64,000 nt of DNA, taken from assembly GCA_023251875.1 (NCBI GenBank), contig JAHEXY010000004.1, positions 130,359 through 194,358 of the forward strand, in the 5' to 3' direction. Positions 10,101 to 19,304 of this stretch are shown in pieces. A program made the position numbers and the translations under genes. Each line of letters starts with the position of its first letter. Positions within the stretch are counted from its first letter, which is position 1. Below the pieces are notes generated by a model, which ran no database searches, was not told the origin of the DNA, and saw nothing but the letters and a program-made list of their open reading frames with translations. The DNA is from Bacteroidota bacterium (GTDB taxonomy: Bacteria > Bacteroidota > Bacteroidia > JAHEXY01).

Positions 10101-10942
10101 AAGATCTTTTTCTGCCTTCTATAGATTTTAACCATTGCATCGCCAAGTTTAAATTAGATGGAAAGGAATATTACATTGAGCTTACTTCAGATTATCTGCC
10201 CTTCAATTCTTTTTATGGAGATTTATTAGATGCTTATACAATTGATATTGTAAATGAAGCACAAAAAATAACGGTTCATCCAACTTATTTAAATCCTGTT
10301 GGTAGAAAACTAAATGTTATCCATCGTAATACTTCTATTACCATCGACAATACAGATCTAAACATTAAACAAGATTATTACAAAACAGGTGTATATGCGG
10401 CCGGCATGCGATCAACCTATAGAGATTTAGGCAAGCAAGAACAAGAAAAGAAAATGGAAAGCATTATTGGAGATGATTTTTCGCAAGTAAAATTACTCAG
10501 CCTCAATTTTAAAGGATTAAACGAACGTACAGATACTGTTTTTGCAGATTATTCTTATACGGCTTCAAATGCAGTAACTTCTGTAAGTGGATTATCTTTG
10601 TTTACTATTCCATGGGTAAGCAAAACATCTTCAAAAGATTTTATTTTTAATTCAAATCGAAAATTACCAATGGAATTTGAAAATAGTTTAGATGCTGATG
10701 TTGAAACCATGAATATTGCAATTCCTGTAGGAAAAACTTTAGCAGAAATGCCAAAAAATATTAATTATACCTGCTCTGTTGCCGACTATAATGTAACCTA
10801 TAAAATAGACAAAGGCTCCATTACTGCAACACGCGAATTAAAATACAAAAAAGACAATGTGCCTTTAACAGAAATAAATGAATTCTCTGAATTTTATAAA
10901 AAAGTGGTGGCAGCAGATTCGAAGCAGATTGCTTTTAAATAA
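7193..10942 (+). CDS. Large secreted TPR-repeat protein with C-terminal transglutaminase-like cysteine protease core
   Basis: 1249 aa; signal peptide; TPR-like helical repeats in the N-terminal half; transglutaminase-like Cys motif IGDCKDVSTLFVAMCKEIGVDATWVLV. Confidence 0.65.
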   Translation: MQMKNIFKLLFIGTIFINTSVFSQTSSSLEKGWQSFYVNDIKNARTYFTEATSSVSDKAEAYLALSFLATVDKKPEDAFAQFMNFYKSTDNPQPYLFALWTDQNLFEGYTKKDKDQLALLNTLEKDPSLNSTLLALTHAQLGYHYNIVNDEKTSQAEFKKIGAIEDWQVVGEFENISASGFDKNYDPINYPKQDHAFVNKYGAQVYWFDIPAIKNDKWLDLTYHLHARSSVAYAQTFINSQADQAIQLRMGNSGSLKVWLNDQLVFSESEERNNDMDTYVVQTKLHKGYNRLLVQVGESEVNRSNFLIRITDVSGKVLEGLTYSKSYQVYTKETAAEAKVIPIAAEDYFLKLIEQYPTKMINYLLLAETYLRNDKNFEARKILIKAQKFAPECSYLYTQLIELYTRDDNKTELAVALEWMKDHDPANPYSLLLQIEEELGKENYNVAEEKIKLLETLYGEDEKTIAYHIGLAGHYQKQAEVIDLVEQAYKKYPDYYAFVNLKHMVELQVNKDYNAAIAVLKKYMKNNNYDDVALSIASDYFDKGDKQTGIEIYKNVVKNNVAAPGYRDKLAAIYFQLQDYTNAEMYYKEALKIAPQIDAYWFDLGKIYEAENNTNAAADAYKKAINYSPNYYEARRQLRKLLGQKEVYDYFEQPDVYATYKNAPNKSAFPEDNSLILLNEVQKVVYSGGASEEKHIFEVKIFNAQGIDVWKQYQINYNSMQDLLIEKAEVIKSNGSKVAASTKGGTVVFNSLEEGDAIHITYRVENYQVGKLSPHFWDQCYFTHYYPSIKTKYSLLISPDVKFTYKFTQEDIKPITSKQDGFDMYIWESDNKEGIKEEDRMPTIADVANVLHLSSFPDWTFISNWYYDLASTKAKSDFEVQEIVSNLFAGKKDMPTLDKVKEIYNYIVKNIRYSEVSFLQSGLIPQKASKVLNTKIGDCKDVSTLFVAMCKEIGVDATWVLVDTRDKGKKDLFLPSIDFNHCIAKFKLDGKEYYIELTSDYLPFNSFYGDLLDAYTIDIVNEAQKITVHPTYLNPVGRKLNVIHRNTSITIDNTDLNIKQDYYKTGVYAAGMRSTYRDLGKQEQEKKMESIIGDDFSQVKLLSLNFKGLNERTDTVFADYSYTASNAVTSVSGLSLFTIPWVSKTSSKDFIFNSNRKLPMEFENSLDADVETMNIAIPVGKTLAEMPKNINYTCSVADYNVTYKIDKGSITATRELKYKKDNVPLTEINEFSEFYKKVVAADSKQIAFK

Positions 10943-11006
10943 TGAGCTGATTTGGTAATTAGCAAATGTGATGATTAGCTGATTAGCTGATGAAGATTTA
11001 TAATAG

Positions 11007-11058
11007 CCACGACCTTTAGGTCGTGGAAAAGGAAGACTAAGAGTAATTGGCTTTAGCC
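11007..11058. repeat. REP-like hairpins (CCACGACCTTTAGGTCGTGG and GGCTTTAGCC)
   Basis: Perfect 8-bp stem palindrome at 11007-11026 and a copy of the GGCTTTAGCC unit at 11049-11058, in the intergenic region before queE. Confidence 0.55.
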
Positions 11059-11123
11059 AAAACAAATTTAATCCAAAAACTCCCAAATTGAACATTGAAC
11101 TTATAAACTTAAAACTCCCCATC

Positions 11124-11705
11124 ATGGAACAATTCTACACCATACAAGGTGAAGGATTTAATTCCGGCAAACCGGCCTATTTTATTAGGCTTGGAGGTTG
11201 TGATGTTGGTTGTGTTTGGTGTGATGTAAAAGATTCTTGGGATATCAATGCACATCCCTTTAAATCAATTGAAGAGATTATTGAGGATATAAAAAAATAC
11301 AATTGTAAAAATGTAGTAGTTACGGGAGGCGAACCCCTTATGCATAACCTAGACGCATTATGTGAAGCATTGAAGAAAAATAATTATAATACTTGGATAG
11401 AAACTTCTGGAGCTTATCCTTTATCAGGCCAATGGGATTGGATTTGTATTTCGCCCAAAAAATTTAAAGCTCCATTAAAAGAAGTATTAGAGAAAGCCCA
11501 TGAACTTAAAATAATTGTATTTAATAAATCTGATTTTGATTGGGCAAAAAAATATGCTGTTGAAGTGTCATGCAATTGTCAACTTTTTTTACAAGCAGAA
11601 TGGAGTAAAGAAAAAGAAATGCTGCCATTAATTATTGAGTTTGTAAAATTAAATCCTAATTGGAGAATTTCTTTGCAAACGCATAAGTACATGAATATTC
11701 CCTAA
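11124..11705 (+). CDS. queE: 7-carboxy-7-deazaguanine synthase QueE (radical SAM)
   Basis: Radical-SAM cysteine cluster GGCDVGCVWCD; TGGEPL motif. The longest ORF begins at 11088, but those codons are encoded by a repeated leader motif, so the ATG at 11124 (MEQFYTIQGEGF) is preferred. Confidence 0.8.
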   Translation: MEQFYTIQGEGFNSGKPAYFIRLGGCDVGCVWCDVKDSWDINAHPFKSIEEIIEDIKKYNCKNVVVTGGEPLMHNLDALCEALKKNNYNTWIETSGAYPLSGQWDWICISPKKFKAPLKEVLEKAHELKIIVFNKSDFDWAKKYAVEVSCNCQLFLQAEWSKEKEMLPLIIEFVKLNPNWRISLQTHKYMNIP

Positions 11706-12382
11706 TTCAACTCCTTAAAAAAATCTTTATCACTAGAAACAGCATACCAGTTTTCGGCAAGTTTTCTATATTTTATTGGATAGTAAGGAAACTGCTGTTT
11801 ACGGCTAATTAATTTTTGTAAATCTTTTTCATCTTTTAATCCTTCAATATAAACAAGGCCGGATGCACGAGTATTTTGCTTAAATGTTACAAATACCACT
11901 GTTATCACTTTATCGTCATCACAAAAGCGAACCATTGAATCTGCCGACAAATTGTAATACCCTACCGGTAATTTAAGATCTCCGTTAGCATCAGTAGGCC
12001 ACTCTCTAAAATAAACTTTATCCACTACTTTTTTTCTTTGAGCCAGATTTTGTTTGAATTCACTATCAACAGAAATTCGTGTAAATGGAAAAAACAAAGC
12101 AATTAACAGTGCTACAAGCATTATTAGAACAGGCAATCCACGATAAGTATATAAATTTCTATTAAAAATAGCCATTGAAGCACTTCTTAAAAAGACAGTA
12201 AGAAAAAACAACATCAAAACAGCTATAGCAAACATAAATTCAGGTGATGCAGCTGCAAAATAATCGAGTTGCTGTGAATAAAATGCAGCAATACCAACAG
12301 CAGTTAAGGATAAAACAATAGCTGCTTTGTATTCGAAAGTAGTAGTTATTTTTTTTAAATTATTTTGAGGCATCTTGTACAA
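11702..12382 (-). CDS. Hypothetical integral membrane protein
   Basis: 226 aa with several hydrophobic helices; no assignable motif. Confidence 0.5.
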   Translation of the reverse strand: MYKMPQNNLKKITTTFEYKAAIVLSLTAVGIAAFYSQQLDYFAAASPEFMFAIAVLMLFFLTVFLRSASMAIFNRNLYTYRGLPVLIMLVALLIALFFPFTRISVDSEFKQNLAQRKKVVDKVYFREWPTDANGDLKLPVGYYNLSADSMVRFCDDDKVITVVFVTFKQNTRASGLVYIEGLKDEKDLQKLISRKQQFPYYPIKYRKLAENWYAVSSDKDFFKELN

Positions 12383-13361
12383 TATCTTTTACATCTATAC
12401 TTAAAGCACAAAGAAAATGATTTTTCGGACACTTTCTAAATCCATGCAAACCACATGGCCTACAATTGAGTTTTTGTTTGGTTTGAATAATTTTTGATTG
12501 ATCAGCCAAAGGACCAAAGCCAAAATCAGGAACCGTAGAACAAAATATAGCAGTAGTAGGAGCATTCATTGCCGATGCAATATGCAAGGGGGAAGAATCA
12601 TTCACGTAATTCATTTGAGCATTTTTCATTAATGCTGCTGATTGTAATAAACTAAGTTTACCTGCTAAACTCATCACTTTTTTTTGTGGAAATTGACGAA
12701 TAATATCATTGCATAATTGAATATCATCCGGACCTCCCAATAAATAAATACTAAGTGAGGAAGCAATTTGTTCAATCAATTCTATCCATTTTTCTTTTGG
12801 AAATTGTTTGGTAAACCAAACAGAAGCCGGTGCAATACAAATATAAGCTTCCGTTTTATATTGTTTCACTTCATCCCAATCTTGCTGAGAAGGATATAAC
12901 TTAATTGTTTTTTCAGGATTATGTACAATCCGATTGATTAACAATAAATTTCTGTCAACTTCATGTATAGGTCTTTCTTTATTACCGAGTAAGTGACTTA
13001 CTTTTTTAGAGAAGAAAAATGACAAGGGATTTTTATTAAATCCTACCTTTAATTTTGCTTTAGAGAGAATGGTTAATAATCCTGTAGAAAAAAAACGTTG
13101 AACATTAACTACAATATCATATTCTTCTTTTCGTATTTCTTTTACTACGCCAAACCAGTATTTGTATTTTCTTGAACTTTTATCCCAACTAATAATTTTA
13201 TTTACAAAAGGATTATTATTCAATAGGGATTCATTGCCCTTTCTAAGGACAAAGTCGATTTTAGTACCAGGAAATTCTTTAGCTATATTTTCAATAATTA
13301 CTGTAGCAAGAATAACATCTCCAATAAAAGCTGTTTGTATAACAAGAACTTTTTTTGCCAT
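12360..13361 (-). CDS. Glycosyltransferase family 9 (LPS heptosyltransferase-like)
   Basis: N-terminus MAKKVLVIQTAFIGDVILATVIIENI and overall length typical of RfaF/RfaC-type GT9 enzymes. Confidence 0.75.
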   Translation of the reverse strand: MAKKVLVIQTAFIGDVILATVIIENIAKEFPGTKIDFVLRKGNESLLNNNPFVNKIISWDKSSRKYKYWFGVVKEIRKEEYDIVVNVQRFFSTGLLTILSKAKLKVGFNKNPLSFFFSKKVSHLLGNKERPIHEVDRNLLLINRIVHNPEKTIKLYPSQQDWDEVKQYKTEAYICIAPASVWFTKQFPKEKWIELIEQIASSLSIYLLGGPDDIQLCNDIIRQFPQKKVMSLAGKLSLLQSAALMKNAQMNYVNDSSPLHIASAMNAPTTAIFCSTVPDFGFGPLADQSKIIQTKQKLNCRPCGLHGFRKCPKNHFLCALSIDVKDIVQDASK

Positions 13362-13362
13362 C

Positions 13363-14184
13363 TTATACCGCCACGTTGTATTCTCTTAAAGCATCATTCA
13401 AAGAAACCTTTGTATCTGTAGAAGATTTTCGTTTTCCAATAATAAGTGCACAAGGAACATGATAAGCACCTGCATTAAATTGTTTAGAATAGGATCCCGG
13501 TATTACAACAGAACGTTCAGGTACATAACCCTTATATTCAAGAGGAGAAGAACCTGTAACATCAATTATTTTGGTTGATTGTGTTAATACTACGCCAGCC
13601 CCTAAAACGGCTTCTTTTTTTATAACCACACCTTCTACAACAATACATCTTGAACCAATAAAGCAAGCATCTTCAATCACAACCGGACCTGCTTGTACAG
13701 GTTCAAGTACACCTCCAATACCCACTCCCCCACTCAAATGTACATTCTTACCTATTTGTGCACATGAGCCCACTGTAGCCCAGGTATCAACCATGGTACC
13801 TTCATCAACATAAGCACCAATATTTACGTAGCTTGGCATCATGATAACTCCTTTAGCCAAATAAGCTCCATAACGTGCAACAGCATTCGGAACTACTCTT
13901 ACTCCTAATGCACTGTAATTTTTTTTCAAAAGCATTTTATCATGGTATTCAAATGGGCCTACTTCAATAACCTGCATTTTACAAATAGGAAAATAAAGAA
14001 TAACTGCTTTTTTTACCCATTCATTTACCTTCCAAGCTCCCTCTTGAACCTGTTCTGCTACCCTTATTTCACCTTTATCCAACCATTCTATCACTTCAGC
14101 AATACTCTTTTGTGTATCAGCGTTAGTAAGTAAAGTTCTGTCGTTCCAAGCAAGTTCAATAGCCTTAATATGATTTGTATACAT
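13363..14184 (-). CDS. dapD: 2,3,4,5-tetrahydropyridine-2,6-dicarboxylate N-succinyltransferase DapD
   Basis: Left-handed beta-helix hexapeptide repeats (GAYVDEGTMVDTWATVGSCAQIGKNVHLSGGVGIGGVLEP); N-terminal EWLDKGEIRVAE typical of DapD. Confidence 0.85.
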   Translation of the reverse strand: MYTNHIKAIELAWNDRTLLTNADTQKSIAEVIEWLDKGEIRVAEQVQEGAWKVNEWVKKAVILYFPICKMQVIEVGPFEYHDKMLLKKNYSALGVRVVPNAVARYGAYLAKGVIMMPSYVNIGAYVDEGTMVDTWATVGSCAQIGKNVHLSGGVGIGGVLEPVQAGPVVIEDACFIGSRCIVVEGVVIKKEAVLGAGVVLTQSTKIIDVTGSSPLEYKGYVPERSVVIPGSYSKQFNAGAYHVPCALIIGKRKSSTDTKVSLNDALREYNVAV

Positions 14185-14321
14185 TTACAATATGTTTGTT
14201 TTAATTATCAATATTCTTCGCAAAAGTACATTAATATTGACAGAGCTCTATAGGATAAATTCAATAAATTATCAGCGAAACATAAAATCTGATATTTGAG
14301 TAATTGTGTTAGTGCTTTATG

Positions 14322-14352
14322 TTGACTATATTGCCTTAGAATGTTATATTTG
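14322..14352 (+). promoter_or_regulatory. Putative Bacteroidetes sigma-A promoter (-33 TTG, -7 TATATTTG)
   Basis: TTGAC at 14322-14326 and TATATTTG (TAnnTTTG) at 14345-14352, 20-bp spacer, ~25 bp upstream of the TTG start of the adhesin gene. Confidence 0.35.
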
Positions 14353-14377
14353 TTAAAATGGTGTAATTTTTTTCATT

Positions 14378-17300
14378 TTGAAGCAAATCAACAAAATATA
14401 TTTACTCCTTTTATTTTCTCTTGTTGCATCTACAACATCATTTGCTTCCCATTATATGGGTGGAGAAATTACTTGGACATGTCAAGGCAATGGTCAATAT
14501 GTATTCCGGTTGGTTTTATATCGCGATTGTAATGGCATTACCATTACTTCTACCAGTGAAATTATTAGTGTTGAAAATAATTCTAATTTATTTAGCATAA
14601 CAGCCAATCTTGTTTCTAAAACGGATATTTCTCCTGCTTGTGCAATTGCTAATTTAGAATTAAGCTGTGGTGGTGGTGGGCCTTATGGTGGTAATGGAGC
14701 AGGAGCTGTTGAGGAATTTGTTTTTGAATCCAATCCGGTTACCCTTTCCGGAGTGCCACCTGTTGGTGGGTGGGCATTTACTTGGAGTGGAGGAAATAGA
14801 AATGGGGCAATTATTAATTTACAAACACCAGATACATATGGAATGACATTAAGAGCGATTATGTATTCTTATAATGGGCAAAATACGGATCCTTGTTATG
14901 ATTCATCACCTGGATTTGCAGCCCCAGCTTCAACTGCATTGTGTATGGGCTATCCTTTTACCTATAATCATTTAGCAACTGATATTGATTTTGATTCTCT
15001 TTCTTATTCTTGGGCAGAACCACTTAAAGATTATAGCGGTACATTTAATCCGCCTACCAATCCTATTCCTTGTCCATTTATGGCAGGCTATTCTTATACA
15101 AGTCCTTTGCCCGGAACAAGCCAAAATGCAAATAATGTACCTGCAACTATTGATGCATATACAGGAGAAATAAATTTTACAAGTTATACAACAGGAAGTT
15201 TTGTTACCGTAATAAAAATTGAATCATGGAGAAATGGTCAATTAATTGCTGAAATATACCGTGACATCCAAATCACATTGAACGACTGTGGGGGAAATTT
15301 ACCTCCAAGTGTAACTGCACCTTTTCAAGATCCCAATACACTTTTATATACATTATATGCTGATACATTTCAGGCAGGTGATTTAATTAAATTTGATTTA
15401 ACAGCTACTGATTTTGGAACTTTACCAAATGGTAATCCTCAAACATTAAATCTTGAAGCTTATGGTATTCAGTTTGGTACTAATTATACAAGTACTACAG
15501 GATGCCTTAATCCTCCTTGTGCAACATTAAATCCTCCGCCCCCATACTCTCAAACATTTGGCTTGCAAACAACTTTCGACTGGCAAACAGATTGTAGTCA
15601 TCTTACCCTTCCGAATGGAAGTGTTAAACAATCCAATACCTTTACTTTTGTTGTGAATGTATATGATGATTATTGTCCGGCTCCTAGTATTAATAATGTT
15701 ACTTTTACAATTACAGTAATTGGGCTAACGGTAATTGATCCTCCTATAATTCGATGTGCTTCTGTAGCCAATACAGGAGATGTTGCTTTAACATGGGATT
15801 TCCCTGTTGATACCGATTCTACATTTAATAGTTATCATGTTTATGTTTCAAATAGTTTAACTGGTACATATACCGATGTAGATAGTATTTTTAATTTTTA
15901 TCAAAATACAAGCACAATTACAGCGACACAACAATCAACCTTATTTGGAACAACGGCATTAAGCGATACACTTTATTTTTACATTCAATCACGTTCGGGT
16001 TGTGGAGGCACTCATTATAGCGCATCTTCTGATACTATTAAAACTATTTTATTAAATGTTGCAAATGTTAATCAAATTGCTGTTTTAACTTGGAATGCCT
16101 TGTATTCACCTACTAATCTTCCTACATCAAGCAATTTTTATTACATCTATAGAGAATATCCTATTGGCACATGGGCTTTACTTGATTCTACATCTGATTT
16201 AACCTATTCCGACTCAATAAGTGTGTGTAATGACTCTGTTGCCTATAGGATAGAAATTTATGATTCTATTGGCTGTTATTCTTCATCCAATATTGATGGA
16301 AATTGGTTTAAAGATAATATAGTTCCGGAAATTCCTGTATTAGATTCTGTAAGTGTAGACGCTAATAATTTAGCTACTATAGGATGGGAATCGAGCACCT
16401 CTTTAGATACCAAAGGATATATTGTTTACGAAATGATTAATGGTGTTTGGCAACCTATAGATTCTGTATGGGGTATTAGCAATACATCTTACCTTAATTT
16501 AAATTCTAATGCTGCTACTACTTCAGAAAAATACAGAGTAGCCGCTATTGATAGTTGTGATAATACCAGTCCAATGGGAGATATTCACAATACGATATTC
16601 ATGACCCCCATTCTTGACGTTTGTACAAGTGAAAATACTTTAACCTGGAATGCTTATGATGGTTGGGGAAGTGGAGGTGTAGCGCAATACAATGTTTATG
16701 CATCAGAAAACGGAGTAGATACCATTTTGATTGGTCAAACAAATAGTGTTACCACTTCATTTGTTCATTCCGGCCTTACTCAATACTCAACTTATTGCTA
16801 TTATGTGCAAGCTGTTGATACCAGTGGAAACAATTCATCTTCTTCAAACGATACTTGTATTTTTGCAAATGTGCCTCAACAACCCACTTTTTCATATCAT
16901 AACTTAGTTACAGTAATGAGTCCGAATAATGTGTATGCAACGTGTTATATTGATTTAAATGCAGATGTTTTAGAATATAAAGTGATGCGTTCAACTGTAT
17001 CCATTGGCCCTTATGAATTGTTAGATTATGTGCCTGTTGATACTGTAAATAAAATTCCATTTGTTGAATATTACGATAAATCAGCCAATACTGCCGGTCA
17101 AAGCTATTACTACAAATTTATTTCTGTTGATACTTGTGGTAATGATGGGCTAGAGTCAAATATTAGCAGAACAATTTTACTTAAAGCTTATGCCGCAGAT
17201 CATGAACAAAACTATTTATACTGGAATGATTATGAAGGTTGGTTGGGTAATGTAAACGAATATAACATTTACAGAAGTATTGATGATGGTTCAGAACAAC

Positions 17301-17755
17301 TTCTTTCTTCACTTCCCTATGTTGGTACTACAACTAATAAATATACCGATGATGTGAGTGCTTATATTACATCAGAAGGAAATTTCTGTTATCGTATTGA
17401 AGCTATTGAAGGTAACGGCAACCCTTATGGTATGTTAGATACCAGTTACTCCAATTATGCATGTGCAATTCAATTGCCGGATGTATATACAGCCAATGCC
17501 TTTACTCCTGATGGCGATGGATTAAACGATACTTATATTCCTGTAGAAGCCTATGTAAGCAGTGATGGCTATAGTTTTTCTGTTTATGACAGTTGGGGGG
17601 CACAGATTTTTGCTGCTACTGATCCTAAAAAAGGATGGGATGGTTCATCCAATGGAACCGCTTCTCCGGAAGGCGTTTATCTTTATATTGTAAAATATAA
17701 AGTGATGGGAGAGACTTATGAAGAAAAACGAGGAACCATTACTTTGATAAAATAA
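14378..17755 (+). CDS. Large secreted cell-surface protein with T9SS type-B (gliding-motility-associated) C-terminal domain
   Basis: 1125 aa; TTG start followed by signal peptide KQINKIYLLLLFSLVASTTSFA; C-terminus YTANAFTPDGDGLNDTYIP...WDGSSNG...GVYLYIV matches the type-B sorting domain. Confidence 0.75.
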   Translation: MKQINKIYLLLLFSLVASTTSFASHYMGGEITWTCQGNGQYVFRLVLYRDCNGITITSTSEIISVENNSNLFSITANLVSKTDISPACAIANLELSCGGGGPYGGNGAGAVEEFVFESNPVTLSGVPPVGGWAFTWSGGNRNGAIINLQTPDTYGMTLRAIMYSYNGQNTDPCYDSSPGFAAPASTALCMGYPFTYNHLATDIDFDSLSYSWAEPLKDYSGTFNPPTNPIPCPFMAGYSYTSPLPGTSQNANNVPATIDAYTGEINFTSYTTGSFVTVIKIESWRNGQLIAEIYRDIQITLNDCGGNLPPSVTAPFQDPNTLLYTLYADTFQAGDLIKFDLTATDFGTLPNGNPQTLNLEAYGIQFGTNYTSTTGCLNPPCATLNPPPPYSQTFGLQTTFDWQTDCSHLTLPNGSVKQSNTFTFVVNVYDDYCPAPSINNVTFTITVIGLTVIDPPIIRCASVANTGDVALTWDFPVDTDSTFNSYHVYVSNSLTGTYTDVDSIFNFYQNTSTITATQQSTLFGTTALSDTLYFYIQSRSGCGGTHYSASSDTIKTILLNVANVNQIAVLTWNALYSPTNLPTSSNFYYIYREYPIGTWALLDSTSDLTYSDSISVCNDSVAYRIEIYDSIGCYSSSNIDGNWFKDNIVPEIPVLDSVSVDANNLATIGWESSTSLDTKGYIVYEMINGVWQPIDSVWGISNTSYLNLNSNAATTSEKYRVAAIDSCDNTSPMGDIHNTIFMTPILDVCTSENTLTWNAYDGWGSGGVAQYNVYASENGVDTILIGQTNSVTTSFVHSGLTQYSTYCYYVQAVDTSGNNSSSSNDTCIFANVPQQPTFSYHNLVTVMSPNNVYATCYIDLNADVLEYKVMRSTVSIGPYELLDYVPVDTVNKIPFVEYYDKSANTAGQSYYYKFISVDTCGNDGLESNISRTILLKAYAADHEQNYLYWNDYEGWLGNVNEYNIYRSIDDGSEQLLSSLPYVGTTTNKYTDDVSAYITSEGNFCYRIEAIEGNGNPYGMLDTSYSNYACAIQLPDVYTANAFTPDGDGLNDTYIPVEAYVSSDGYSFSVYDSWGAQIFAATDPKKGWDGSSNGTASPEGVYLYIVKYKVMGETYEEKRGTITLIK

Positions 17756-17774
17756 GTTTCTATTCTTCTTTCTT

Positions 17775-18482
17775 CTATTTTTTAATTGCATCTATAAAAT
17801 ATTTCCACAAATTATCGCTTGCAGGAGGCATAGCTTCAAGACTAATTAAGTTTTTAGTTACAGGATGTAAAAATTCTGCTCTGCGTGAATGTAAACTAAT
17901 AGAAGCATCTTCGTTTGAGCGTGGTGCTCCATATTTTAAATCTCCTTTAATTTCGCAACCAATATGAGACAGTTGAGCTCTTATTTGATGATGCCTTCCT
18001 GTTTTTAAAGTAATTTCTAGTAAATGATAATGATCAGAACTTGCAATTAATTTATAATCTAATTCAGCCCGTTTAGAATCACGAATTAATTTATCGTAAA
18101 CGTATGACTTATTATTTTTCTCGTTCTTTTTAAGATAATGGACTAAAGTACCTGATGGTGGTTCCGGTTTATTTTTAACAATGGCCCAATATGTTTTTTT
18201 TATTTCTTTCAAGCGAAACATTTCATTAATGCGCGTAAGCGCTTTGCCTGTTTTTGCAAAAATAATAATGCCACTTACGGGCCTATCTAAGCGATGTGTA
18301 ACACCAAGAAAAACTTCTCCAGGTTTGTTGTATTTTTTCTTTATGTATTGTTTGATGTGTTCTGAAAGAGGAGTATCACCGGTTTTATCTCCCTGCACAA
18401 TTTCCGATGGCCTTTTATTTACAATTATAAGGTGGTTGTCTTCAAATAAAATTTCAGGAATGATATCCATGTTGTTTTTCAT
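17775..18482 (-). CDS. RluA-family RNA pseudouridine synthase
   Basis: Catalytic motif HRLDRPVSGIIIFAKT. Confidence 0.85.
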   Translation of the reverse strand: MKNNMDIIPEILFEDNHLIIVNKRPSEIVQGDKTGDTPLSEHIKQYIKKKYNKPGEVFLGVTHRLDRPVSGIIIFAKTGKALTRINEMFRLKEIKKTYWAIVKNKPEPPSGTLVHYLKKNEKNNKSYVYDKLIRDSKRAELDYKLIASSDHYHLLEITLKTGRHHQIRAQLSHIGCEIKGDLKYGAPRSNEDASISLHSRRAEFLHPVTKNLISLEAMPPASDNLWKYFIDAIKK

Positions 18483-18554
18483 TATTCCAACAAATATACA
18501 AGATTAAGGTACAATTTGATTGTAATTTATAGACTAAATCAGAGGCAAGCTTTT

Positions 18555-18581
18555 ATAAAGTTTCAAAATTTGAAACTTTAT
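18555..18581. promoter_or_regulatory. 27-bp perfect palindrome ATAAAGTTTCAAA-A-TTTGAAACTTTAT upstream of higBA (candidate operator)
   Basis: 13-bp arms around a single central base, 29 bp upstream of the higB start; the same core recurs at 43154-43198. Confidence 0.45.
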
Positions 18582-18609
18582 TGCTATTTTTACGTAAAAT
18601 GTTTATAGC

Positions 18610-18918
18610 ATGAATATTATTGCAAGAGGTACTTTGTGGTATTATATGAAAAGATATTCTCTTGCAGCTAAACAATTAGAATTGTGGCACAACGATGTAA
18701 GAAAACTTAAATGGAAGAAATCAACTGATGTATTAGTTGATTATCCTAAAGCAAGAACCATAAAAAACAATAGGGTTATTTTTCCCATTTTGGGAAATGC
18801 ATATTGTTTGATAGTAGGAGTTGATTATCGTTTCGAAAGAGTGTTTATTATTTTCTTCGGCACGCATGCTGAATACGATGAAATAAATGCAGAAACAATT
18901 GATTATAAAAAGCCATAA
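18610..18918 (+). CDS. higB: Type II toxin-antitoxin system toxin, HigB family (RelE superfamily)
   Basis: 102 aa; pattern GNAYCLIVGVDYRFERVFIIFFGTHAEYDE resembles the HigB GNxYRLI...THxEYDK signature; sits upstream of an HTH antitoxin, the reversed order typical of HigBA. Confidence 0.75.
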   Translation: MNIIARGTLWYYMKRYSLAAKQLELWHNDVRKLKWKKSTDVLVDYPKARTIKNNRVIFPILGNAYCLIVGVDYRFERVFIIFFGTHAEYDEINAETIDYKKP

Positions 18919-18929
18919 ATATATAAGCT

Positions 18930-19304
18930 ATGAATATAAAACCTATAAAAAACAAAAAAGACTATACCCTTGCTTTAGAAAAGATATATGCTTTTATGAA
19001 TAAAGATGTTAAAAAAGGAAGTATTGAAGCTGACGAATATGATATCCTTTGTACGCTTGTAGAAAAATACGAAAATGAATATTATCCAATAGCTCCCCCG
19101 CATCCAATTGAAGCCATTAAATTTAGGATGGAACAATTAGATATGAAAACACAAGATTTGATTGATATAATTGGAAATAAAAGTCGTGCCTCTAAAATAT
19201 TAAATAAAAAAGAGGGCTTGACTCTTAAAATGATTCGTAAAATACATGATGCGCTAAAAATTCCTTTAGATATTTTGGTTATGGAATATGCTTTACATTC
19301 TTAA
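18930..19304 (+). CDS. higA: Type II toxin-antitoxin system antitoxin, HigA family (HTH)
   Basis: 124 aa; MNIKPIKNKKDY...PIEAIKFRMEQLDMKTQDLIDIIGNKSRASKILNKKEGLTLKMIRKIHDALKIP matches the HigA HTH antitoxin pattern; 11 bp downstream of higB. Confidence 0.75.
   Translation: MNIKPIKNKKDYTLALEKIYAFMNKDVKKGSIEADEYDILCTLVEKYENEYYPIAPPHPIEAIKFRMEQLDMKTQDLIDIIGNKSRASKILNKKEGLTLKMIRKIHDALKIPLDILVMEYALHS

Noticed and set aside
13571-13813. 80-aa plus-strand ORF inside dapD
   Set aside because: Antisense to a well-supported hexapeptide-repeat gene; the Thr/Pro/Ser-rich translation is typical of the reverse frame of a beta-helix gene.
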